From contig CAYQZQ010000001.1 of assembly GCA_964422035.1 (NCBI GenBank), forward strand, positions 313,013 to 377,012: DNA of 64,000 bases. The letters run 5' to 3'. This document shows positions 9,354 to 19,242 of this stretch, in pieces. How positions within the stretch are numbered: position 1 is the first letter of the stretch; every line of letters begins with the position of its first letter. Position numbers and translations under genes: made by a program. The notes under the pieces were generated by a model. The model was not told the DNA's origin. It made no database searches and saw only the letters and a list, made by a program, of their open reading frames with translations. The DNA is from an uncultured Pseudomonadales bacterium. GTDB taxonomy: Bacteria; Patescibacteriota; Microgenomatia; UBA1400; Chazhemtobacteraceae.

Positions 9354-9754
9354 TCAGACCGTCGTGAGACAGGTCGGTCTTTATCCGCTGTTAGCGTTGG
9401 ATTCTTGAGGGAAATCGACTCCAGTACGAGAGGACCGAGTTGCGCCAATCCCTAGTGTGCCAGTTGTCGCCGTCAGGTGCATCGCTGGGTAGCTACATTG
9501 GTTTTTTGGATAACTGCTGAAAGCATATAAGCAAGAAGCCGGACCCAAGATTAGGAATCCATGTCCTTTAGGACGAGAGATGCCTGGGAGACTACCAGGT
9601 TGATAGGCTGAAGGTGTAAGCTCGGCAACGAGTTTAGCTGATCAGTACTAACCATCAAAGAGAAAACTTATTTTTCGACCTTTTTCTATTCACTTTTTAA
9701 GAGCCAAGTTAATCACCTAGAAGCTGGCCAAAGCAGAAAGCTGCTTTTGCTTAC

Positions 9755-9874
9755 TGCTCGGTGATTTGAGCGAGAAGGAACCACCTCTTCCCATTCCGAA
9801 CAGAGTCGTGAAACTTCCCAGCACCGACGATATTATGATCGAAAGGTCATATGAAAATAGGTCATGGCCGAGCA
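9755..9874 (+). rRNA. rrf: 5S rRNA
   Basis: Terminal helix TGCTCGGT/GCCGAGCA, conserved CCCATTCCGAAC and GTGAAAC; 120 nt; directly after 23S. Confidence 0.95.
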
Positions 9875-9879
9875 ACTAC

Positions 9880-9911
9880 AAAAGCCTACCTTTGCGGGTA
9901 GGCTTTTTTTT
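9880..9911. terminator. Bidirectional intrinsic terminator after 5S
   Basis: AAAA-GCCTACC-TTTGCG-GGTAGGC followed by a T run, between convergent units. Confidence 0.85.
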
Positions 9912-11046
9912 AGCTGATAAAGTAGCCGCGGGTAAACAGGGCTATTGAAAAGAATGAAAGAATGACCAAAGTTGTGTAGATGATAATTTTGGTTTTTTTG
10001 TTTTTATTTTCTAACCACTTGCCCATCAATATAAAAGCAGGAAATAGAACCAATACATAGCGGGGCATAGAGGAGAAGGTGCCGGTTATGGTTGGTAAAA
10101 GATAGGAAGGCAGGACATACAACGCATAAGAGAGACGAGAGTGTTTAAATAGCAGAATAGATAAGCCTAAGAAAAGACCACCTGTAAGGGCTTCTAGCAG
10201 GACGGTGAAAAACAAAGGCGATAAGTGATTCACAAAGACAAGCATCTTGGCATATCGGTAGAATACCTGGTGCAATAAGATCATCTTACCTACTTCTCTT
10301 TGAGCGCCAAACAAGGGTTGAATGGTGGCAAAGTAGAATGGGTCTCCAACTGAGCGCTGCAAGAAAAGCATGTAGGCTATTAAACCTACTGGTGTAAGTA
10401 AAAACCAGATCCAGCTGGGATTTTGAAATGATTTTTTGATGTCTTTGCCATTGGAAATCCAAAACTCTACAAGAAGGGCAGGAATTAAAAAGACGCCTGT
10501 TAGACGAGTAGCTGTAGCAATAGAGACCAGGACTGAAGAAAGAAGCCATCGCTTTTTTCTAGCTGTATAAAAGACTAAAACAGAGATAAGTAGAAATAAG
10601 GACTCGGAATAGACACTGGCAAAGAAAAAGGAGGTGGGGAAAAGCAAAAGCAGCATAATAGTAGAGTGAGCTGTTTTCTCAGAATAATCTAGCTTTATCA
10701 AGCGAATTAGAAAATACAAAGCTGCCAAAAAAGATAAATGAGATATTGTAAGGGCCGAAAACAAGTAACTGGGGAAAACATTGGATATTAGCCTGATAAC
10801 TGAGGGATAAACGGGGAAAAATGCTTGCATAAAACCGGTTTGAGGGTGGTTGTAGCCAAAACGAGCTAACTTCAAGTAGTGCTGACCATCAAAACTTGCC
10901 CACATTAAAGAAAGATCAGGCAGTTTAAAATTAGGGCCGTGTAAGGTAAAACCTTGGTGAAATGGAAAGATGAAAACCGCTAGCAGCCCAATCAATGTTA
11001 TAACGATTCGCCAGGAAAAAAATTTTACTAACAGCTTTTTAAGCAT
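9910..11046 (-). CDS. GT-C membrane mannosyltransferase (PIG-V/GT76-like)
   Basis: WASFDGQHY..LA..GY, AFFPVYP, YSESLFL, S.PRY; polytopic. Start placed at the second ATG, 6 nt after TAAAAT. Confidence 0.8.
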   Translation of the reverse strand: MLKKLLVKFFSWRIVITLIGLLAVFIFPFHQGFTLHGPNFKLPDLSLMWASFDGQHYLKLARFGYNHPQTGFMQAFFPVYPSVIRLISNVFPSYLFSALTISHLSFLAALYFLIRLIKLDYSEKTAHSTIMLLLLFPTSFFFASVYSESLFLLISVLVFYTARKKRWLLSSVLVSIATATRLTGVFLIPALLVEFWISNGKDIKKSFQNPSWIWFLLTPVGLIAYMLFLQRSVGDPFYFATIQPLFGAQREVGKMILLHQVFYRYAKMLVFVNHLSPLFFTVLLEALTGGLFLGLSILLFKHSRLSYALYVLPSYLLPTITGTFSSMPRYVLVLFPAFILMGKWLENKNKKTKIIIYTTLVILSFFSIALFTRGYFIS

Positions 11047-11065
11047 GTGCATATTTTAGCAATTT

Positions 11066-12139
11066 TTAAGCTTTGGGGGGCTGGACGATTTTTAAAACGT
11101 TTTTATATACCTTAAGAGTCTGTTTGGCAGTTTTTTTCCAGGAATAGTCTTCTGCTTTTTTAAGCCCTGCATTAATCAGTTGAGCTCGTTTTGATTTTGG
11201 CAAAGAAAGTGCTTTCTTTAAAGTGTCTTGAAATTGCTTTTGATTTTTAGGGTCAAAACTTAAAGTATTTTCGGGGTAAATTTCTGGCAAACTTGAGGTG
11301 TTGGAGGAGACAACTAAGCAGCCAGCACTCATAGCCTCCAAAACTGGCAAACCAAAGCCCTCATATAAAGATGGCTGACAGTACAAAGTGGCTAAGTGAT
11401 ATATGGCAGATAGATCAGCTGTGAGGACAAAACCTAGTGCTTGTATGGAGTCATGTTGGTTGATTTTTTGCTTGATTGTAGACAGCTGCTTAAGTTCGGG
11501 ATGAGTTTTTTGAATACCTAGCTTTGATTTTAAAGAGAAAGTTTGACGAGCAGGTTTGGTAAACTCGGAGCCCACCAATACCAAGTTCACGTTTAGATTT
11601 TGACAAGCTTTAATAAGAGAAAGTATATTTTTATTTGGATTTACACCTCCGACATATAAAACAAACTTTTTGGGCAGTTGATATTTTTGCTTGATTTTCT
11701 CAAGCTGGTCTTGAGAGACTGGTTTTTTATAGACAGGATCTACCGCTAGTGGGGTAACATGAATTTTGTTTTCAGGAACTGATAAATATTTTTTGATATC
11801 TTTTTTGGAGTTGTGGGAGTCTGTCAGTATGGCTGCGGCTGATTTTAGGCTAAATTTTTGCAGCTGTAGAGAGATACGAGCGCGAACACCTTGTGGGTAT
11901 TTATCTGATAGAACCAGGGGGGTAACATCGTGGATGGTGACTACAGTTGGTGCTTTTTTTACAAAAGGAAGGGAAGGATAGAAAAGATCAAAGAAAGGAA
12001 AATGAATTATGTCTGGATCACTTGAAACAAGCTTGATTTTATCAATTTTCTCAAAAGCTGAAATCAAATTTTTAGTATAAAAACCAATTCCTCTACCTGA
12101 GGAGTGTTGATTAGGTAAAAGCAAGCGTATTTTCTTCAT
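11066..12139 (-). CDS. GT4 (GT-B) glycosyltransferase, mannosyltransferase-like
   Basis: TIHD, KNI, SLYEGFGLPVLEAM. Confidence 0.92.
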   Translation of the reverse strand: MKKIRLLLPNQHSSGRGIGFYTKNLISAFEKIDKIKLVSSDPDIIHFPFFDLFYPSLPFVKKAPTVVTIHDVTPLVLSDKYPQGVRARISLQLQKFSLKSAAAILTDSHNSKKDIKKYLSVPENKIHVTPLAVDPVYKKPVSQDQLEKIKQKYQLPKKFVLYVGGVNPNKNILSLIKACQNLNVNLVLVGSEFTKPARQTFSLKSKLGIQKTHPELKQLSTIKQKINQHDSIQALGFVLTADLSAIYHLATLYCQPSLYEGFGLPVLEAMSAGCLVVSSNTSSLPEIYPENTLSFDPKNQKQFQDTLKKALSLPKSKRAQLINAGLKKAEDYSWKKTAKQTLKVYKNVLKIVQPPKA

Positions 12140-12144
12140 AATGG

Positions 12145-13002
12145 TTAGTTCCAGTCTTTTTTAAGGTCTATGTCTCTTGATTGCTTTTCAAGTTCCCAAA
12201 GTTTTAAGAAACTTAACTGATGGTGAATACCGGAGAACAAACAGAACACAAAGCCTGGGAAACCGTCTTTGAAACCACGGTGGCGTAGATACATACTTAA
12301 AAATGTTGAAGTGGGTTTGATAATCATAAAGTTTATAAAGCTGAAAAGGTTCACTTTCTGACCGCGTTCTTTTAGAAATTGGGCGGTTAGTGATGAGTAT
12401 CTATTTTCTCGCTGCAGATATCTACTGAAAGTGGGAGTGGCCAGGTGATCCATGTCGTGCTTTAACCAAGCGGTAGGACCATCAACCTCCATTTGCTCGT
12501 GAACGTCCTTGGCGGGCAGGCGAGCTTTGCCTTTTTTCAAAAGTCTGATGACCGGATCTGGGTATTGACCTGATTTTTTAAGAACTCTACCTAGAAAGTA
12601 ATTTTTTCTTTTAATCCAGTAAGCTACTGGTTTTGGCTTGTCTTTAGGATATTCTTGTTTTGCTTTCCAACCGGTGTAACCTAAGTAATCTGTTGAGATA
12701 AGTCTTTTTATTTCATCAGCAAGATCTTGGGGGATGATTTCATCAGCATCTAGTTGCAGTATCCATTCTCCCCTGCTCTCGTCGAGGGCCATGTTCTTAT
12801 TGATGTGAAATATGGGTTTGTTGGTGGTTTTAATGACTTTGGCACCTAGATCTTTGGCAAGTTTTCGAGTGTTATCAATTGAGCTGCCATCAACGACCAC
12901 TATCTCATCAGCTAAATCATTGACTGACTCAAGACAGGCAACGATGTTGTCTTCCTCATTGTAGGTAGCTAGGGCTACTGAAAGTTTGATATCTTTGGCC
13001 AT
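12145..13002 (-). CDS. GT2 glycosyltransferase (WaaE/KdtX-like)
   Basis: YNEE.NI..CLES, VDGSS.D.T, LDADE, VHE, GFKDG..G. Confidence 0.88.
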   Translation of the reverse strand: MAKDIKLSVALATYNEEDNIVACLESVNDLADEIVVVDGSSIDNTRKLAKDLGAKVIKTTNKPIFHINKNMALDESRGEWILQLDADEIIPQDLADEIKRLISTDYLGYTGWKAKQEYPKDKPKPVAYWIKRKNYFLGRVLKKSGQYPDPVIRLLKKGKARLPAKDVHEQMEVDGPTAWLKHDMDHLATPTFSRYLQRENRYSSLTAQFLKERGQKVNLFSFINFMIIKPTSTFLSMYLRHRGFKDGFPGFVFCLFSGIHHQLSFLKLWELEKQSRDIDLKKDWN

Positions 13003-13004
13003 GT

Positions 13005-14681
13005 TTAAATTTTATCAGTTGAGTAAATTTTAAAGACTGGTTGATGGTTAGGATAACGGATTATGTACTGGGGAACAAGCTGAGAGGGAGCAGAGTCAGG
13101 GTCAGTGACGATAAGAGTGGAGGGAGTTGATGAGTCATCCTGCCAGTTGATGTCTTTGAAGACAAATTTGCCAAATGATTCACCCGTTGAGAAGCCGAAC
13201 TTGTCTCGACTGGTAAAGACTAGCGTCTCTTGGAGATCTTTTGGTGGGTATTTTAGGAAAAAGGCGGTGAGAATGTAGGGCTGGTCGTATTTGTCGGTGA
13301 TAATTATTTTCTGATACTTATCCTGATGTGAGACAAGATAATCACCCAGCTGCTCAAAGCCGTATTCCCAAGCGTATGGATACTCTTTTGGGTAATGAAC
13401 AGAGTACTGATGAGCCCATGAAGCCGTACTGTAAGTTAAGATCAAGACAAAAAGTATTGAAGTTGCTTTCAAAAGTAGTTTTGATTTGTCTTTTATATAT
13501 GAAAGTAGGCCAAACACGCCCCAAGCTGTGATGATAGTTAAAGGAACAACCATGTTTTGAGATCTTAGAGCATGAGGAGATTGAAATGTCAGCGCGGCAG
13601 CGACTGGTGATATTAACAACCAGGCAAGAAGAAGTTGGGTTGATTTGTTCTTTAGGTTCTGAGTGGCTTTGGCCAAACCTAGAGCTACAAATGGAGCTAA
13701 AAATAAGTAGCTTTGACCTAAGCCTGGGACTTTACTGCGGGCAATTTCATCACCTTTGAGGAATAAAAAGCTGGGAGAAAAGTGACTTAGGTAGTTTTTT
13801 AGAAATTCCATGCCGTAAGAGAGATAGCGGTTATGCAAGGCCCGAACCCAGAGGGTATTACTTGCACCTATGTGTTGGCGGCGCATCTCTAAAGCACGCC
13901 AAAGTGGGCCGCTGTCGGCAAAGATAGAGACACCGGCAAAGCGAGAGCTGGCAGCCCCTGAGAAGAATTGTTTTAACAGGGGAATAGACAATGCAGCCGC
14001 TAAGACAAGTGAGAAGATAAATATTTTCTGGTGCGACTGAAAGGATTTTTTAATTTCTTTCCAGTAGATAATTAAAATGGCCAAGCCAAGAAGTGGCACA
14101 ATGACCCGCATTGAGTGATAGGTATACAAAGAAGCAATAACTGACAAGGCAGCTGGAAGGTAAAGGTTGGGTTTGTTGTTTATGGCTTTGTAGGCTAGAT
14201 AGACTCCGAGGGTTAGGAAAAAGGTGGCTGCGTTAACCTCCCAACCACCGCGGGAAAAGTGCAGATGCCAGGGAGAAACGCTTAGTAACAAAGCTGATAT
14301 TAAGCCCAGTGAACCCTTACAGCCTAAAATGGTGATTTGTCTTTTCTTGAAAAGTTGATTAACGAGTAAGTAAACCAGATATATTGTAGCTACACCCATT
14401 AGAGCTGAAGGAAGGCGAACAACCAAAGTGTTTAGGCCTAAAAGCTTTACGAAGGGGATGGTGATATAAAAATAAAATGGAGGCTTGTAATCATCAAAAG
14501 AGCGGAAACTTAAGGGCCAGGAGTTGCCGTGCTCGTCTTGGCCGGTTTGAATTAGAGAGTAAGCATTGTAACCAATGGCTGCCTCGTCAGCGTTTAGACC
14601 AGAAGGAAAGTTAGGCAAAGCAACAAGTCGAAGAGTGGCAGCGAGCAGTAATACTAGAATTATTTTAAGATTTTTTTTCAT
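13005..14681 (-). CDS. GT-C (ArnT/PMT-like) membrane glycosyltransferase, tandem paralog 1
   Basis: DEAAIGYNAYS..TG.DEHG...F..FDDYKPP, R.PSA, SPWHLHFSR. Confidence 0.85.
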   Translation of the reverse strand: MKKNLKIILVLLLAATLRLVALPNFPSGLNADEAAIGYNAYSLIQTGQDEHGNSWPLSFRSFDDYKPPFYFYITIPFVKLLGLNTLVVRLPSALMGVATIYLVYLLVNQLFKKRQITILGCKGSLGLISALLLSVSPWHLHFSRGGWEVNAATFFLTLGVYLAYKAINNKPNLYLPAALSVIASLYTYHSMRVIVPLLGLAILIIYWKEIKKSFQSHQKIFIFSLVLAAALSIPLLKQFFSGAASSRFAGVSIFADSGPLWRALEMRRQHIGASNTLWVRALHNRYLSYGMEFLKNYLSHFSPSFLFLKGDEIARSKVPGLGQSYLFLAPFVALGLAKATQNLKNKSTQLLLAWLLISPVAAALTFQSPHALRSQNMVVPLTIITAWGVFGLLSYIKDKSKLLLKATSILFVLILTYSTASWAHQYSVHYPKEYPYAWEYGFEQLGDYLVSHQDKYQKIIITDKYDQPYILTAFFLKYPPKDLQETLVFTSRDKFGFSTGESFGKFVFKDINWQDDSSTPSTLIVTDPDSAPSQLVPQYIIRYPNHQPVFKIYSTDKI

Positions 14682-16342
14682 TTGGTTTTGATAACTCTAA
14701 ATACTACATCAGCACTGTCAGGAAGTATAATCTCTTTATAAAACTCGATAAAATCTTGATCTTTATTGAAACTGTCAGGAATATTGCCCGTATTACCTAT
14801 AAAGACTGTGTCTTCAAATCTTTCAATTTCGGTGGGGCTGAATTGCTGAAAGGAAACTCTATCTAGACTCGACACTCTGCCGACGTCTACACCGCCTTGA
14901 ATAAAATTAACCTTGGATTGATACTCTGAGGGCGGGTACTGGGTGTAGAAAAGATAGTATATGTAAGGCTGTCCGTAAACATCGGTGAAAACTACTTTTG
15001 AGTCAGGATAACTCTCTATCACTTCAATTGCTTTTTTATAACCATAATTAAACTCTTGGGCAAGTTCTTTGTCAGAGTGATTAAAGTACATATCTAGACC
15101 TAGAACAATAATCAATAGATAGGTTACTGCAAGAGGTATAAATAACCACTTTTTTTGATATAGCTGGTATAACCCTGCCCCTATCAAGATGCTTAAGGGA
15201 ATAACCATGAAGATAGTACGAATTGTCGAGGCCTCGCTTAGGGTTAAAGATGCGGGGAGCGGAGATATTAAAAACAAAGACAGTGTCAAGTACTTGGCTT
15301 TTGACCTTGTTTTGTTTAGTAAGTAATACAAGCCGGCCGAAAGCCAAATGAAGTCTAGGATGTACAGCATGCCCTGGTCAGGTAGATGCTCCCTTTTTAC
15401 TTCAAGATTACCGGCGTAAAAAAGGAGTTCTGGTGAAAAATGGTGTAAATAACGGCCGAATATTAACTTGATGGGTAGATCAATTTGGTGATGGAAAAGC
15501 GCAAGAGAGAGTGGATTATAGTCGTCAATTTGTTTGACGTGTTGAGTAACTTGAGGGCGGTACCCTAAAATACTTAACCTTTGCAGGCGATTTCCAACTG
15601 GACCAATTAAGTTAGTGACAAATAAAGAGGTGGTAATTGCTGCGCAAATAACCACGACGGACAAGTCAAGCTTTTTTGAGGTGATGACACTAATTAGACG
15701 AGTAATAAATACTTTCCAGTAAATTATCATTACGATTAAAAAGACAAGTGGTGTAAGCAACTTGGCCCCTTGGTAAACAAAAAAGGTCAGGGTGGCTAAG
15801 ACAACTGAGGGCCACAAGTGAATATTGTGTTTTATAAATTTTAGGAAAAAATAAAGGGCAAAAACAAGCAGGGTAACAAATACATTCGCCTCCCAGGCGC
15901 CGTGAGAAAAATGCAGATGCCAGGGAGAAACAGCTAAGACAAAAGAGGAAAATAAAGCAAGAGGAGTAGATTTCTTGCTATCAAAGACTAACCTGACTAG
16001 AAGGAAAACTCCATAGATAGCTAAAGTGCCAAAAAGAGCTGAGGGGAAGCGGACTGCGAAGTTGTTTAAGCCAGACAAGAAAACGAAAGGGGTAGTTAGA
16101 TATATATAAAGACCAGGCTTGTAATCTCCGAAGGATTTGAAGATTAAAGGCAGCAGATTGCCGTGTTCGTCACGAGCTGTTTTTATTATTGAGTAAGCGT
16201 TGTAACCTAAGGATGCTTCATCCCAGGTTAAACCAGGAGGGTGAGAAGCCAGGCGATAGAGGCGCAGAGCAAAGCCTAGGGCAATAATTAAGACAAGAAC
16301 AATGTATGGCCAGAAACGAATCAGCTTATCTTTTAATTTCAT
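14678..16342 (-). CDS. GT-C (ArnT/PMT-like) membrane glycosyltransferase, tandem paralog 2
   Basis: WDEASLGYNAYS..TARDEHG...FGDYKP, SPWHLHFS. Confidence 0.85.
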   Translation of the reverse strand: MKLKDKLIRFWPYIVLVLIIALGFALRLYRLASHPPGLTWDEASLGYNAYSIIKTARDEHGNLLPLIFKSFGDYKPGLYIYLTTPFVFLSGLNNFAVRFPSALFGTLAIYGVFLLVRLVFDSKKSTPLALFSSFVLAVSPWHLHFSHGAWEANVFVTLLVFALYFFLKFIKHNIHLWPSVVLATLTFFVYQGAKLLTPLVFLIVMIIYWKVFITRLISVITSKKLDLSVVVICAAITTSLFVTNLIGPVGNRLQRLSILGYRPQVTQHVKQIDDYNPLSLALFHHQIDLPIKLIFGRYLHHFSPELLFYAGNLEVKREHLPDQGMLYILDFIWLSAGLYYLLNKTRSKAKYLTLSLFLISPLPASLTLSEASTIRTIFMVIPLSILIGAGLYQLYQKKWLFIPLAVTYLLIIVLGLDMYFNHSDKELAQEFNYGYKKAIEVIESYPDSKVVFTDVYGQPYIYYLFYTQYPPSEYQSKVNFIQGGVDVGRVSSLDRVSFQQFSPTEIERFEDTVFIGNTGNIPDSFNKDQDFIEFYKEIILPDSADVVFRVIKTK

Positions 16343-16343
16343 A

Positions 16344-18059
16344 CTAGTTTAGCTCTAGAATAACAAAGGCAATGTCTCTGCTTTGAGGATACTCAATTAT
16401 CTTTAAGATTTTTCCGTTACTGGGAACATGTAGTGGAGTGGTAACCAGAAGACTGTTTTGTGTAGGAAGCATGACTTTGCTTTCCAGGACAAGGCTTTCT
16501 GCTGGTCTGTAGGAGGGAATGTCCCAGGCATTAACAAAATAGACAGAACCGATTTTGTCAGTCCAGTACCAGTCAGATTGATAGAATCTAATGTTGTCTG
16601 GATTAGAAGGCCAAAGCTTTTGGGGATCTAGTTTAGTGTGAAAAGCATAAAAGATGTGAGGTTCGGCGTGTTTTTTAGTGATAAATACCCGATCATATTG
16701 ATGTTTATTTTCTTGAACATAATCAATAGCTTGTTGATAACCATATTGCCAAGAAGAGGCGTAGTCATATTGGTATTTTTGCCAGTAAGTCTGATGGTAA
16801 CGATAGAAGGCGAAAGTGATAATTAAAAGCAGGCCCGGTAGGAGTATTTTTTGTGCCCATGAATAGTTTTTAAAGAGGGTTATCAACCAGTGAAGTCCGA
16901 TGACGGACAAAATAATCAAAGCTGGGATCATGGGGTTGGGGCGTAGAGCTTGGGGAGGATCGGCTGTTAATGCAGCGGCTACTGGAGCAAGTAAGAACCA
17001 GCTTAAGGCAAACTTAAAACCCTTAGAGGATGATTTTAGACCGCTACTTACCGCCTTGAAGAAACCAATCACTGCCAAGATATGTACAGGAAGGGTGAGC
17101 AGGTTTTTAACTGGAATAGCAAATTGATACTGAGCACCTTTGACTTGATAAAAGAAGGGCAGCGAGAGATAACCCAGATAGTTTTTGAAAAAGGCCTGAG
17201 CAAAATAAATAGGTCGGTTGAATCTTAGTCTAGCCAAAAGTGAAGGCAGCTGGCTTTGTAACCTATTTTGACCGATTTGATAAACAACTGATGGAGAAAG
17301 AATAGCTAGTTGTGAGTAACGTGCTGTCCCCGACCCGGTTATGACTTGGTAAGCAACTAAGCCTAAAGATGCGAACAGGACTATAGCCGAGATTATCTGC
17401 TTTGTGGTGATCTTGAATTTAGGACGATAGATAACAAACCACATTAACAGAATTAGAGGAACAAAAACTCTGGCAGTGTTGTAGGTGTGCAACGATAGTG
17501 AGAAAAGGATGGAGCTTAAAAGATAATCAGGTGATTTTTTACTGGCTTTCACAAGAGCCCAAGTAGCAAAGATTATTAGAGTAAGAGATAAGTTGGCCTC
17601 CAAAGCTGGCCTGGATATGAAAAAGTGCCAGGGATTTAGAGCTAGAAGAAAAGCTGCAAGTAAGGCTGGTTCTAGTGATAGCTTGCCGATTTTTAATTTG
17701 AATTTGGGAAATAGTTGTTTAAATAAAAGATATATGCCGGGAACTGCCAGAGAGCCGGCGATGACTGAGATAAGGCGGGTTGAGGCAATATTAAGACCGA
17801 AAATGGCAACCGGGATTGTTGTTAGATAGATATATAGAGGTAGTTTGTAGTCACCGAAGGCTCTGAATATTAAAGGAAAGGACTTGCCCCACTCATCTTT
17901 GCCTGTTTTTAGAATAGAAAAAGCGTTGTAGCCATGACTGGCTTCGTCCCAGTTTAAAGAAGGAGGGTTTGAAGCAATACCGCTGTAGCGAAGTGCAAAG
18001 GCAACTAAGGTAAGTAGAAGAACTACAACCAGTTGTTTATTTTTGAGAATTTTTTTCAT
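16344..18059 (-). CDS. GT-C (ArnT/PMT-like) membrane glycosyltransferase, tandem paralog 3
   Basis: WDEASHGYNAFS..TGKDEWG...FGDYKLP, NPWHFFISR. Confidence 0.85.
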   Translation of the reverse strand: MKKILKNKQLVVVLLLTLVAFALRYSGIASNPPSLNWDEASHGYNAFSILKTGKDEWGKSFPLIFRAFGDYKLPLYIYLTTIPVAIFGLNIASTRLISVIAGSLAVPGIYLLFKQLFPKFKLKIGKLSLEPALLAAFLLALNPWHFFISRPALEANLSLTLIIFATWALVKASKKSPDYLLSSILFSLSLHTYNTARVFVPLILLMWFVIYRPKFKITTKQIISAIVLFASLGLVAYQVITGSGTARYSQLAILSPSVVYQIGQNRLQSQLPSLLARLRFNRPIYFAQAFFKNYLGYLSLPFFYQVKGAQYQFAIPVKNLLTLPVHILAVIGFFKAVSSGLKSSSKGFKFALSWFLLAPVAAALTADPPQALRPNPMIPALIILSVIGLHWLITLFKNYSWAQKILLPGLLLIITFAFYRYHQTYWQKYQYDYASSWQYGYQQAIDYVQENKHQYDRVFITKKHAEPHIFYAFHTKLDPQKLWPSNPDNIRFYQSDWYWTDKIGSVYFVNAWDIPSYRPAESLVLESKVMLPTQNSLLVTTPLHVPSNGKILKIIEYPQSRDIAFVILELN

Positions 18060-19242
18060 GAAAGAGAGGTATAAAATCAGTAATCAAAACGGCGACAAGC
18101 CAAGCCCGGGCCAACAAAACCAGAATAGATAAATTATTGGTCAGCAGTTGCGGTAGTTGTGGTAGGGATTTGTTGGCATTAAGGAAGATGTTAAGGTGTA
18201 AGCTGGATTCAAAGGAAAATAGAATAAATAACCAAGCAAGTATAGATGCAAAGTAAGTAAAGAGATTTTTACTTTCGACTGCATTGTAAATAAGCCAGGG
18301 AGTTATCCAGACAAACCATTGGGGGTGGAAATGAGTGAAGGAAAGAGTGGACAAGATGACAGCACCAAAAGCTTGAATTAGGTTAATTTTCTTTTTGAAG
18401 GCAAGCAGAAAGATTAGGGAATAGAAGATAAAGAACCAGGGTATCTGAGTACCTGAGGCAATTTCAATACCGGCAAAAAGGCTCTTGGTTAAGTGATGGG
18501 CACCGAGAACACAAGTTTTGTAGGCCTGAGAGGAAAGAAATGGAAGTATTATGAGAGCAAATAAGCCAAAGCCTGAGAAAACAGCCAGACAAGCTTGCTT
18601 GAAGTCTTTTTTGTATAGGGCGTATATGCCAAGTAAGGGCAACAAAGCTAGACTTAAAGGTTTTGTTAGAGCTGATAAGGATAAAAGAATCGCAGACAGA
18701 ATATAGCGATGAGAAACAGCAGAGATAGTGGCGGCTAGAAGGAAGAATATTAATATGGCATCAACTTGGCCTATCATTGACGAGACATAAATGGCCACCG
18801 GATTTAGAGCCCAAAGTATTTGAGCGTTGATCTTTTTCTTTTTACTGTTGAAAAGTTTTGGCAACAACCAGATTATGGATAAGTCAGCCAGTATCAAGGG
18901 TAGTTTGTATATTAATATCGGAAGATAGACTGATTGTCCAGCCAGTAAAGCCGAGGGAGACTGAATTAAAAGAGAAGAAATGCCGGAAAGCAAAGAAATA
19001 AAGGGGAGATATACGAGGCTGGGGATAAAGTAAGCCAAGGGTTGATAAATAAGGCCGTCGCTGACAAAACTTAGTCCCTGCTGGTAGAGATCAAAGATGT
19101 GGCCTTTGAGAATTAGATGAGAAGAGATTGTTAGAGCAGAAAGATCAGAATGATAGGTAGTAACTGCTAGAACCAACCTGATTACTATACCCAAGATTAG
19201 TGCAAGTTTAAAAAATTTATTTTTCTTCATCTGGAAAATCAA
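18037..19242 (-). CDS. GT-C membrane glycosyltransferase (GT87/PIG-M-like)
   Basis: YQPL, KLPLILAD, LNP..IY.S...GQ.D, HPQW..W. Confidence 0.7.
   Translation of the reverse strand: MIFQMKKNKFFKLALILGIVIRLVLAVTTYHSDLSALTISSHLILKGHIFDLYQQGLSFVSDGLIYQPLAYFIPSLVYLPFISLLSGISSLLIQSPSALLAGQSVYLPILIYKLPLILADLSIIWLLPKLFNSKKKKINAQILWALNPVAIYVSSMIGQVDAILIFFLLAATISAVSHRYILSAILLSLSALTKPLSLALLPLLGIYALYKKDFKQACLAVFSGFGLFALIILPFLSSQAYKTCVLGAHHLTKSLFAGIEIASGTQIPWFFIFYSLIFLLAFKKKINLIQAFGAVILSTLSFTHFHPQWFVWITPWLIYNAVESKNLFTYFASILAWLFILFSFESSLHLNIFLNANKSLPQLPQLLTNNLSILVLLARAWLVAVLITDFIPLFHEKNSQK

Noticed and set aside
9766-9948. 60-aa ORF
   Set aside because: Overlaps 5S rRNA and its terminator.
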